This document shows, one piece after another, positions 1 through 13,000 of a stretch of 64,000 bases of DNA; position 1 is the first letter of the stretch, and the number at the start of each line of letters is the position of its first letter. Position numbers and translations under genes: made by a program. The notes below the pieces were generated by a model. That model was not told the origin of the DNA. It saw nothing but the letters and a program-made list of their open reading frames with translations, and did not search any database. Source of the DNA: Phoronis australis (taxonomy: Eukaryota > Animalia > Phoronida); the NCBI GenBank assembly GCA_002633005.1, contig NMRA01000437.1, positions 154,330 to 218,329 on the forward strand, written 5' to 3'.

Positions 1-129
1 TTTCTCTTGTTGTGGTGTACGATGTAGCGCACATTTGGACTTAATCGCAATTAATCTGGACTCCACGTGAACTTTAAAAAATGTAAAACATCAGGAAGAT
101 TTCAGATAATTTGTTGAGTCCAAACTATA

Positions 130-440
130 TTTTTATTCAAGAGTACAAGTTTTGCTATTGACGATGGCGATTCAGCGGCGACTCATCAGTCGGCAAGTTT
201 TCGCCCTGTGATGAGCACAATTTTTTGAAAACTTATTGTAATTTAACAACGGAAGTTCATAGCAATGCACCACAATTTTCTAGAAAGACTGTCATAGGCT
301 AAAAATTCGTCACAAAGCGTAAATTTTATGAACCCTAGCTTCCGATTTTACCCGTCTTTCAACTGCCGTAGGCTACAATAAGAATCCCCTTCCCTGTGAA
401 ATGATTTTTTCTAAGCGTTTATTAGAGCCAATACACTATA
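130..440 (+). repeat. Dispersed repeat, copy 1 (homologous to ~21830-22150)
   Basis: Shared blocks such as gttttcgccctg, tagcaatgc.ccacaatttt.tagaaag.ctgtcatagg and cttccgattt.acccgt. Confidence 0.7.
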
Positions 441-922
441 CAGCTTTCCACCAAGGCTAGGTGATACTACGACATCTTTGTTGCATTAGTAACTGGTCTT
501 GGCTAATATTATCATTTTATGGCCTGGTCATCCATTCAGCCAAAAGTAGTTCCAGAAGTGGCTTATCAGCCAATTATTCACGCATGCTGACTCACAATAG
601 AAGCCTGATAAGAGTGAAGGTGGATAAATGCGGTGTTCCTACAGTTTATTGTTTTAGTAGATGTGTTCACGACATGAAGATTGGATGAAAGGTTGAAACT
701 CGTGTCAATTTTATTATTACTGTTTTTCATTTTCAGACTCGAGTCTGGATTGTTGGGGCACATTAATGAATAGTGTACTAATTAAAATAGTAGTAATTAC
801 GGCTAACTTTGCTAAAAGTGAACTTACAACCATAGGTAACATGGGCTTTTGGACGTGTATTGTAAACAAGAATGTTTCATTGTTCTTTTTGTGAAATTTA
901 AGATAATTTACATACTCGGCAG

Positions 923-1054
923 GTTTGTAACCACCAGTGGGATCTGACAGATACCAATGTCGTCTGCCGGCAGCTGAAGCTAGGTCCAACCAATCAGACG
1001 TTTGCTGCAGGGATCCCACCGGGGAAAGAAACAACTCTGGTGTGGATACAGGCA
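923..1054 (+). CDS. Receptor exon: SRCR domain 1, middle part
   Basis: cag| VCNHQWDLTDTNVVCRQLKLG...VWIQA |gtaagt matches the SRCR motif VCxxxWxxxDxxVVCRQL. Confidence 0.9.
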
Positions 1055-4000
1055 GTAAGTAGGTGCAAGTCGTAAAAAGTCTCTCGGATGATCATTATCC
1101 TCATGGAACAGTGTTGCCTCATTTTTGTGTTCATTAATTAACTGATTTTAATATTATTACTTCGTTTTAGTTGAAATCATCACGGAACGAGTTTTAATGC
1201 AATCACTTGTCTCATCGCAAATGTCCTTTCATTATTGCACTGACATTTGTTTCAAAATTGAGGGCTTGATGTACCTGACTGGTGATGCATCTGAACATTC
1301 GATATCCAATTTGATTTTTGCTAAATGGTTTACAGGTAGCGTGCTCAGGCAATGAAGAAAGACTTACAGAATGTAGTCACTCAGGATTTGGCAATGCTCA
1401 TTGTACACACAACGAAGATGTTGCAATAGCTTGCGGTGGTAAGTGCTTGTCAGTAGACTGTGTCTCTTGAAAACTGCTAGACCCTTGTGTATTTACTCAC
1501 AGTAGTTGAATCCTATGGTAAACGTTATTCACCTTTAGAACTTCGTATGAGGAACAGTGAGTTATCAAAATTTTAAAAAAATAAACCGGAAAATTTAACT
1601 TCTTTTTGACATACTTTATTTTGTGCAGCTGTCATAAAAACACACCTTGAAATTTGAATATTTCTATGTACCTAATATTTATAATTAATGTGGATGCATT
1701 ATGATATCGTCACCTGCTGCTGTATCTCCAAAACCTCTTGGTGGATGTTAGTGAAATTTTTCAGACATGTTTCTATCATGGATGGGACAACAGGAGCAAA
1801 TTTTTGGATGGATTCGACTACTGTTGTAACCTCTAGTGGCAATTTCAGGTTTTTAGGTTAGACTCTGTAGGTTTTGAAGTTCCATTATGACTGATTTTCA
1901 TGAAATTTGGCAGATGGATTCAACATGTTTTGTGCCAACTGGTGGCCGTTTTTATTGTTTTTGAGACTGTCTTTTGGTGTCTAACTCTTAATCGGCCAAA
2001 CCACTCAAAGGATTATTCAGAATTCATGGGACATCTGGACCACTGATGACTATTTTGGAGAGATCTGACTGCTGTCAGAGGGAGTTCTGATTTTTGACTG
2101 GAGTATTTCTAGGAACCTGACAAGTGCATAAGTGACAATGCCATGATACGCTCTTGGGGTATTTTTATTGTCTGTGGTTCAATGTACATTTACTAACTTC
2201 AATAGCATTGCCCTATTTACTGGCAGTGTTTAAAGTAAGAATCATCTATTGTATCCGCACTCTATGCGATGCTCAAGGTGGGCGCATATCAGTGCTTCGC
2301 ATTTGGCTCTTTATAATGCAGTGAGTCTTAGAAAAATGGAAAATTTCAGTTTTGGCTATTATCTTTGATCTGTTGTCATATTATGGAGAGTATGTGGTAC
2401 CTTTGTTGTTATTGCTGAAATGTATTTTAATTCCATTATGTTGTAGTTTACAGACTTTCACGAACTCAGGACTGAAAATTAATATCTCTGATAATAATTA
2501 CAAATTGTTTCTATGCGCAAAAATCATTCTGTCACTTCGAAACTGAAAATCCACGATTTTTGTGAAACTTTCATCACTACAAATTTTAAGTTCTGAATAC
2601 TGAAGAAAAATATTAACTACTTTCACTTGGTCTGTTATTGGTTTTAAAGGCTAGTATGTACACTATGATTTTTGATTTTTTTTTCCAGAGCCTACAACTC
2701 CCAATGACATTCGTCTTGTCAATGGCACGGATTCTAGCAATGGCATCCTTGAAGCGCTTTTCAACGATACATGGTTGCCAGTTTGTAAGCGCGGTTTTGA
2801 TATCAAAATTCTCAATGTCGTCTGCCGTCAGCTGGGCTTCAGGAGGTTTCTCGAATATAATGGTACAACCTTGGACTTGGCGGCTAAAATGATAGGAACA
2901 TACGCTTCGTGTGAAGGTAATACAACTATTTTCTTTTCATGACACTTTTTTCTTGTCAGGAGAGTGGAGAGAAAGTCTTGATTTTTCATGTCTGTGAATT
3001 TCCTTGTTCTAGTAATCCCGTAATGCTCCACATTTTGTCAACTTCCACCATTGCAACTGTGATAGACACACACACACACACACACACNTTGTATCCGCAC
3101 TCTATGCGATGCTCAAGGTGGGCGCATATCAGTGCTTCGCATTTGGCTCTTTATAATGCAGTGAGTCTTAGAAAAATGGAAAATTTCAGTTTTGGCTATT
3201 ATCTTTGATCTGTTGTCATATTATTGAGAGTATGTGGTACCTTTGTTGTTATTGCTGAAATGTATTTTAATTCCATTATGTTGTAGTTTACAGACTTACA
3301 CGAACTCAGGACTGAAAATTAATATCTCTGATAATAATTACAAATTGTTTCTATGCGCAAAAATCATTCTGTCACTTCGAAACTGAAAATCCACGATTTT
3401 TGTGAAACTTTCATCACTACAAATTTTAAGTTCTGAATACTAAAGAAAAATATTAACTACTTTCACTTGGTCTGTTATTGGTTTTAAAGGCTAGTATGTA
3501 CACTGTGATTTTTGATTTTTTTCCAGAGCCTACAACTCCCAATGACATTCGTCTTGTCAATGGCACGGATTCTAGCAATGGCATCCTTGAAGCGCTTTTC
3601 AACGATACATGGTTGCCAGTTTGTAAGCGCGGTTTTGATACCAAAATTCTCAATGTCGTCTGCCGTCAGCTGGGCTTCAGGAGGTTTCTCGAATATAATG
3701 GTACAACACTGGACTTGGCGGCTAAAATGATAGGAACATACGCTTCGTGTGAAGGTAATACAACTGTTTTCCTTTCATGACACTTTTTTCTTGTCAGGAG
3801 AGTGGAGAGAAAGTCTTGATTTTTCATGTCTGTGAATTTCCTTGTTTTAGTAATCCCGTAATGCTCCACATTTTGTCAACTTCCACCATTGCAACTGTGA
3901 TAGACACACACACACACACACACACCTTATTAGACTCGGAGAGTAATATATACCTGAGTGCGTGTGTGTGTGTGTTAGTTGCATTTCTCTAAGTGGCGAT

Positions 4001-7000
4001 AAACCCGCCTTCCGTCACAAAAAACAACTTTTGATTTAGACCACTTAGCACTCAAAAGTTCCTGGAATTTTGTTCACGAGTCGCATTGGATATGTCTCCA
4101 GAGTTTCGAAAAAAATGGAAAGTTTCGAAAAAATAAGCGGCAGCTGATTACTGCTTGAGACCACGCTATTACGTAGCCAAGGTCGTTGAAAATAGATACC
4201 TGTTATGTGCCAAGCATGTTACCAAAAAATAAGTAGCTTTCAGTTCCACGCAAACCCGTAAATCACTTGCCATCTGAGGATAGAACATGCGTAGACAAAT
4301 TTCATAGCGGTAAGTGGTGTGCACGAAATGTTTGTTTTTTGGACGGAGCATTGTGTGTGTGGCTGCTTTAAGTGTGATTTCCGACATTGCAGTAACTGAC
4401 CCTATGCCTGACCCTTGGGTGGTCTGTTCGTCTAAGTACAACCGAGGTGTAGACATTTTCGTCTCACTCCAGGCCTTTCCGGTAGTCGTGATCTACTTAG
4501 TGGCAGACGGCTGGTGTTTTGTAATGTGCCTTTTTTGTAAAATTTGTGGTTTTTCATGGAGATCGTCTTGATATCGAGAGAGTTTTTTCACGAAATTTGC
4601 CAAAAGAAATCTATTTGTTTAGTCAACAACAAAATGTTTGGCCTAGGCCCTTTTAGTGTTTGTCATTAGATTTAACTAAAGGTGTGACAGACAATTGCAG
4701 ATTCATAGTTTGGTAGTTTACAGAATGCAGAATAGGATTTGCCTGCTTTGTGCAAAATGGAGGTGGAAGTTGATGTCAGTGGTCTCTGTGAAAAGTCGTA
4801 TTTTTTCAGAAAAAATGTCACTATTGAGTGGATAACTGTTAACTACGATCATTAATTTTAATGATTTTCAGTTTGATTCATGGATTCAAAGTTGGTATTT
4901 GAAAATTTCAATATTTTAAGGAATATATGATCCTGATTGTTTAAAACGGTTGGCAAATAGCTTTAATTTTGTAATGTTTTACACTCTGTTCATCCCTTCT
5001 AGGTGTGGAGGAGAAGCTAAGCGAGTGTCCTGGACATTCATGGTTTTTTGAAAACGAGTACAATTTTGGTGGCCGGTTCCCCATGCCTAATGAGTGTTAT
5101 CACAACAGAGAGCAGGGAATTGTTTGTACTAACGAGCCAAGTCAACCACCTGCAGCCAGCACCCCGTCGCCTCCTGGCATTTCCGGATGTGAGTAATTGC
5201 CTTGTTAAGAGAACGATCGTTCACTACTATCGCCAATTTCATAAGATATACAAAAATTATGCTTCAAGGATTGAAGGATCGTGGCATGCTAGTGACCTCA
5301 GGAAAGTATGGTGATGTCAATTCAATGCTTTTTTACATAAAATAAGTGGTTAATTTTTACATAAAAAATATGGAGAATGTTGTTTGAAATTTTCTATTCT
5401 ATGTCGTCAGCATTGAAGATAAAATGCTTGGTAAAATAACAAAACAGCACTGAAAAAGTCTGCAAGTATGACACATTTTGCACGTTTTGTCTATCTCTCG
5501 TCCTTTAACTTCCCTGTATTAATACACATCCTATCGAGAAATCATTTCATCTGGGAAGGTCAAGTTGGGACATTCTCGGGTGAAATGAATTTGAGGAATG
5601 CTGCTAGCAGATGAGTGTGTCAATAAAAAACTCGTACTCCCATTTTAGGTCACAATTTCCTGTAAATGTCTTAGCACTCATTGTAGATAATTATAATGTA
5701 TGCATACTGATTTTGACTGATTGTGTTACCCAGGATGCTGTTTAATTTGACCTATTTATGATGACCTATATTGAAACTAGCGAGGCATAAAAATAGCTGT
5801 TTAATCACACTGTTTTTAGAGCAGTAAAACTGTCATTTCATGAACGACGCTTTGCATCAGTGTTTTAGGTAACCCAAATGATTGATCCCAATCAAATTTG
5901 GCATTGTACGTCCCGCAAATTTACTCCACCAGGGAGACTGCATACCAATAAAGAAATACGGCTTCAACCATTGTAAAAGGCCTGTACCGTGGGGTACGGA
6001 TTGGGTCTACTTTCCCGTATTTCATAGTTAATAACGTGACGTATACAGTATCAGTATATCCATGTATATGGGATAAAGTTTAATATTATGCAGTACTTTC
6101 CAATAGTGTATGAAAAAATTTTCACACTTTTTAGGGAGGGAGTTAAAAAAAAGTATGCTTTGTATGCTTCGCAATCCCTTGCTTATCACATTGATCAAGT
6201 CGTCTTTACGTGACCAACTTTGATACTTCATGTCTTAGAAGCAACTGGTTGGATTCATATGACATTTTAGTTCATTATACTATCATGGTGAACTCTTCTC
6301 CAAAACATGTTTGGGAATTGTTTTTAAGATGTTCCACTTTTGCATAAGAGGATATGATAATGAAATTGTGCATAACATGACATTGTAATCAACTTGGAAA
6401 ACTGCAACTGTACAGCTTTTTCACACGGAATTTGATCAAGACATGTTATTGATAATATTGTTGTAAAAATCAACTTCTACAGGCTTTCAGAAAATATGTC
6501 CTCAAGTTCCTACATAACATTTAATATAAGTTATTATCATTAACTTCTTCCGGGATATTCCGTACTAGATAAACCCATGGTCGCGTATTAGTAAAATACA
6601 AATTTTCAGGCATTTCGGTTACTCCAAATAAACACCCTGGCGTTCATTCAGAAGAGGATGGCGTGTAAACGAAAAGTCAAATATCAGGGATTTTTTTTGC
6701 AGTCTATAATGTTATTGTTTTTTTTAAGTTTAGGTTGGACTCAATAAATACACAGTTTGCCCACATTTAGTTCATTCTGAGTGGGCTTTTTAGAGGAAAT
6801 TTCCGAATTAACGCCCATGTTCGTTTCATTGGGTGGGCTTATCTGTGGAAAATCTCGGTATGAAGTATTTGTTCAATGAAACTTTACTATAAGTGACATA
6901 GGTGATGACACGTCTTGGTGTTTGATGTCTATAGTTTGCTGGTTCCTTTGTCTAGATATAATCTTTTGGGCATTTTCAAATTAAACTACATAATACTAGT

Positions 7001-10000
7001 GTACGAGTGCTCAAACTGTTGATTATAGTACGCATCTATATCACATATGTTTTTGTATTGTTTGCAGATTGCCGGCCATATAACAGTCATAAAACCTACA
7101 GCGGCACAGCTGAAGTTGGGTCTATCTATTCTCCAAAACATCCTGATACTTATGATTTTGACCTGATTTGTACATGGAGAGTGACAGCCTCCCATTCTCA
7201 GTCTACCATTAAAGTGGTCATTGATGGTAAGATGTTAGAATCAATGAAATAAGATGGAGATACAATGAAGTTATTTCTTTTTTCAGCTAGGCTTTGTTGG
7301 ATATTTATATCCCGCGATTGCTTTCAAACAAGATCCATTTCAGGTTGGGTATTGTGCCTCCTATCATGGAGTACAGCTGAGAGATACAGCCATCCACAAC
7401 ACAATCTTGGAAGCCCCAACTCGTGAAAATGCCATTTAAAAAAGTGAAATTTTACTGAAATTGTAACTGCCAGGGCTTGGAATTTTCTGCGGAAATGCGG
7501 ATTTCCGCTTTTTCAAATGTTCTGTCCGCGTATTTTATAATATTTCGAATTTGATATAAAATTTCCGCGGCAAATTCCTTTCTTACCGCGGCATTGCAGA
7601 CGACGTTCACCTCGAAAAGCGGAAGTTGCTCTTTATGTTTCGGAGGAACGTAAATTGTCAACATTGCCGGGGCATCTGGGATAGCGTGGTGGGATTTTCA
7701 TTGGCGTCTCGTGTTATTGTAAACCGCGGCAACAAATACTACGGCTCTGCAGCCAAAAATGTGTGGCTTGGGAGTGGACGGACGAGCTAAAAGGACGTAG
7801 ACACATGCTACTGATGGTGGTAACGTTTTTTTTTTTGTTTTAGTCCTCCCGATTTTTGTCGGAAAGGTTCACATCGACCATTTCAAGGCTGGGTAGCGCG
7901 CATGATTTGGGCCGTAAAAGTTTCAAAGTTTCCGCGTTTTTTGTCCTTGGTCATTCCAAGCCCTGAACTGCGTCCATAGATAAGGCCAGGTGCGGTGCTA
8001 TATCACTTGTCTTTTAATGAACAGATGTAGACTTACTAATTGCAGTAGTTTTCAAAATAAACTCCACAGCTTCGAAACGTAACAGGGTTTCTAAACCCAA
8101 AACCACGACAATATATCCACATTTTTTTACTACAATTTATTTCAGTTCCTGCAAATCCTCTGCAAAATCTTGTCAGGTACGGCTCTATGCAATTTGTTGC
8201 AACAGCTTACCTCGTAAGTCCAGGTGCAATTTTCGGCATTAAACTCCGACTAAAGTTTGACAGAAATTCAATTTTACTGTGACAAAGCAAATCCTATGCT
8301 GATACCCTCACGGGTCGAGTTTAGGCAACTTGACCAGTTCGCTCACCTTAAAATCCTCTGTTGCCTTCAAAGAAACCATCCAGCTTCAACTGATGGTTAT
8401 CCTTATCAGGAGGTTAGCTTAGATAGTCGGGCGCGAACTTGCCCAACATGGTTTTAAACTTTGGGGGTTGACAAATTTCAATTCTGAAAGTTTTTAAATG
8501 GTGAAAAGTAAAATCACGAAACGTATGTTACTTTGACTGGTGAATACATAATATTGGAAAGTTCTTCATATACACTCAATGTGTTAATAATAATAAAATA
8601 ATAATAAACTTTATTTATAGAGGATAAAATACAATAAATATAAAACATGCTTTAGCCAAAGGCTAATATCCAGCATGGTCTTCTGCAGCAAGAAATTGAA
8701 TTAATTAAATTAAGATACGCAATTAGATTAAATTAAGATAGATAAATAGATTAAATTAAGACAGATAAATAGATTAAATTAAGATAGATAAATAGATTAA
8801 ATTAAGATACATTAAATTAAACAGTAGATACAAATTGGATTTACAGATTGAATTAAAGATAAATATTATTAAATAAAAAAAAAATTTTATGGAATATACG
8901 TTTATGCGTGCTAGTTTTAGCGGCTTACACCACAGCTTTTGTCAAACTAATGATGTTGTGATTGGTTTGGACATGTGATGTCATCGTTATAGGCTGTGGG
9001 GACATCTATTGGGTGTCTGGTCTGCTGTGCTCTACAGTGCCGTAGCTATCTGGCAAGGCATGCTCACCCATGTCTCTATTCACGTAGGAGGCACCTTGTT
9101 TTTTAATGTGATATGCCTCCCAGATCCATCTTGTTCTTCTACTGTAGTTGTGTGACAGGATTTTACAATTGTGATTGAACTGTGTATGGGCTTTTAAATT
9201 TTGAAAATCTGGCAGAAAATGAGACTTTTAGTAACTGAAGCTAGAAAGTTGTCTACAACCACTCTTCTGCCTCTGTCATTTATTCTGCAAGGCATGCAAT
9301 ATAATGGCCCAGTTTGTAAGGGTCACAGATTGATAGAATCCAAATGCCAAATTTCAATGCTGGACAACTGGATGTAACGATTTCTTGTCTTTCGCTATGA
9401 GGTTTTAAAGACGAAATACCGTTTCTAATAACTGAACAATGCATCACTCCAATTTAGGTTCAACTTCATTACAATTTCATTTGTTTCATCTGTGTTGATT
9501 TCATTCCAGCGTTTTCCACAGAAGAGTACAGAGACAAGCTGGAGGTGTTTGATGGCTGGTCTGAGCATCACCCCAAGATAGCTAGCTGGTCTGGTGAAAT
9601 ATCAGGTATGTGTTCATTTTACAAGAACAAGTCTATCCTCACAGGGTATGCGCCCATGGATAATTTTAACCACAGGTGCTCATGAGAGCGATTCACTTAA
9701 TCTATCTCTATGTAGTTTACCAAGAACAGATGAATCACTTCTGGCCCAGACTTACCACCCATACAGTCACTGCACCATTGACAGAATAATTCTCAGTTAA
9801 AGTTGAGTATTTTATTTTGTAAAATATCTTAACATGACATTCAAGAAGATGTTTATTCCTTTCTATATAACACAACAAGAGACCCAAGAATTAGGTGGCT
9901 TCAGTTCAGACTCTTGACGAGAATTTTGACTACTAACTCTTTTTTAAAAATAATTCTAGTTACGGATGACGACTCTTGTTCATTTTGTAGACAATCGAAA

Positions 10001-13000
10001 GAGACTTTGATACACTTATTTTTGGAATGTGAAACAGTAAATTCATTTTGGGCAAGAGTTAATAATGAAATTCTTAACAAAGCAAATCCCCAGTGTGTCG
10101 GCACTCTCCTGCAACAACGTTATTTTTGTTTTTTTTTGATAAAAAAGAAAATTTTACAAACATTGTTTTATTATTGGGTAAACAGTTAATTTATATCCAG
10201 AAGTTTGGATCAAAAAGATTACTTCTAAGTAGATTTTTTAACTTCATCAAAGAATATTATATGAGTCAAAAGTATTATAATGGTCGTAAGGATTTGAATT
10301 TAGAATTTATACGAAAAAGATGCTGTAACTTTGAAACGGTTTTTCTTAGCAGTCAAGAGGATTAGTTGTGGGGTATGCATGTATGTGCGTGTGCGCGCGT
10401 GTGTGTGTGTGTGTGTGCGTGTCTGTGGTGTTCTTTGTCTTTTTGTGATATTGTAATGTTTTTCTCATTGCCAATAAATGTATAAAAATAAGTTATCGTT
10501 AATGGTCTCTGTTTTTAATTGTTTTGATTAGAAAAACAACATATGCCGCATATGGAGAAGTATACCAAAATAATATTGACCTACTTGAATATCGAGGTCA
10601 CGCTGAATTCATCGTGATCACTATTTCCTGTTTTCTTTCTTCCAGCGGGGACCACTGTCACAACAAATAGCAGTTCCTGCTTCTTCAAGTTTGTGTCTGA
10701 TCATGCCTTGAGCAGATCAGGGTTCAAGCTTAGTTATACAAGCTCAGGTGAGTGTTAGTTTACTCAGAATTCACTAGGTGGCACTAATGAATCAAGGGTT
10801 CTAGTTGTGGAAATGTCTACATCATGGTAATCACTTGAGATATCCCATGATGCTGAGCTTTCTGATTTTAATATATTCAAAATCTTTGTTGGCTTTGTGA
10901 ATAACAAGTTGCACATTCGAAGCTGCAGACATTTTCAAAAAAGGTGTTAAATGTTGACATGTTGCTTGAAATGTCGATGAAATTTCTTGGCAGATTATTT
11001 TCAACTCATTTACCGTGATGGCGTTCAGTAACTTTTCCAGACGTGAGGGGTTCTGAACGTGCGATAACGTCTGGCTCCTTTGTTAACTGCCCAGCACAGT
11101 CTTTTGTCCCGTATGATAACAAGCAGTCCAATTATCTCCCAGGCTTCAAAGGGTTACTGAAACCTGGCCGAATGGATTGTCTTACCTTCTGTCGTAGTTG
11201 GACGATTTTGGTGATTCGCAAACTAAACATGATCAGCATTTGACTAGGAATTCAGAAATGCTATTGGTTTATGTTCAAATGTGTTATAACTTAACTTCCA
11301 TTTTTAGCAGCTCAGCCCAGTCCCGCTAAATATGATCTGATCGGAGATTAGAGCAATTATCGAACAAAAGAGAGCCTGCCCTCCAAACATAAATGCCAGA
11401 ATGGAGTTAATCAGTCGTATAAGATATTGGCTACAGGGGTGATCTTCCCAACTTGTTGTTGGGCTATAGAATCGAACATGTTGGGAGCAAGGGGAAAGCG
11501 CCGTAATGCTTATTATATACAAAAATATTAAATTTCTGTTACACTCATACAACATCGCATTGAACTTGATTTTGCTTGCTTTGTACATTCTATAAGGTTT
11601 GGAAGCCAACTGTGCTGTACTGACACAAGTTGATTTGCTCACCACAACCTTATTCTGAATTCAAATATTTAACATTTTGAGAAAAAGCGAATTCAAATTT
11701 ACTAGTTGGCGGGAGCGCAACTATGGTTCTTCCAGTGTTAACTCAGTTAGTCATGTGGGACTATTGGCCCACTGGCACCCCATGGTGATGAGGTGCTTAG
11801 TCCTCTCATGCTAAAATGAGGACATTATTGGCGCTTTATGATCATAAAGTCTCCTATTCCCACTTTGTTGTTAAATTACTTGGTTTGACTTTGTATAACA
11901 CAGAAAAAGTCCAATTCTTTGAAAGTTTGGAGTCTGTGTCCATTTTTCTGTTTTCAGGAGTTTATTGTATTCTCAACTGTATTATACTATTTGCCATTTG
12001 TTTCAGGTGTTGTCACAACCCAGGGACCACCAAGTACTCACACATCAAGTAAGTTATTCAGTTATAGCTTTGACATGATATTACCATTATGTGTCCATCA
12101 CGTGACCCTGTTTAGCTTTCCATAATAAGTGGAACTTCACAGGAATTGTGCGCGTCAATTGTATTCCAAGTTACTGACAGTTCTTTTGTTAATTGAGAAA
12201 TAAAGCTCTTACATTTTGTTAAGTGACTGCATCAATTGTGTTGGTCTTTCAAATTCATGCGCAACTCGACAGTTTCAAAGTTGTCTAAGACCTCAGTATG
12301 CCTGGCAAACTCTCTGTTAGGTAAAGGAACTAATTGCAATTATTAGCAGCCTTCATTAAGTTGCCTTTGTTCATCAACTTGTTGATTGAATGTTATAATT
12401 GTCCAGTGATGTAATAACTGCAGCCTGTAGATGTTAATTACAGCGCATGTTGCTGAGTGTCATTGTTAGTTTGTGAGGAAATGCATGACTTCTTAGTTAG
12501 TTGCTTTTAACTTTTCATTGGCAGGTTAGACTAGTTATTATACAACGCGCATTAAATTTTGAAGTTTTTCAGTTAAGAACATTGAAACATATGGGAATAA
12601 ACAAATAAATCCAAAATAATTATTATGTACTTATTAATTGGGAACTCCCATTATTTTAAGCATTAAGTTTTATTTTATAAGAAACATCTTCAAATGTCAT
12701 GGATGTAACCCTAATTTATCTTGAATTTACAAATCTTGCACGTTGTTGGTCTTATTTATTGGGTTTTTTTAAATTCCGAGACTCCAAAAATGCTGCCTTC
12801 ATTAATTACAACATGACTGTTTTTCGGGAGAAAGTTTTCCGAAATGCAAAATTGACACATGACACTTGTCGCTATGAACAGTCTAACCGCTCTTCCATTC
12901 CGTTCATATACTCGGAATATAACTCTACTCACAACTGAATATTGGTGAAGTAACTGACCAAGAGACATGATTAAAAGGTACACGATATTTTGAAACAGAC

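Larger units (their letters stand above)
2249..3924 (+). repeat. ~840 bp tandem duplication (2249-3087 / 3089-3924) joined at an N after a (CA)n tract
   Basis: Two copies differ by only a handful of substitutions and 1-bp indels. The junction is the N at 3088. Confidence 0.9.

Noticed and set aside
738-775. Possible missing SRCR1 exon (reads ...DCWGT after tttcag)
   Set aside because: No GT donor after WGT and no RLxxG/GRVEV-like sequence, so it is likely chance.
8146-8213. AG/GT-bounded segment between CUB exons as an extra exon
   Set aside because: The CUB domain is already complete and in frame without it, and the translation has no CUB features.
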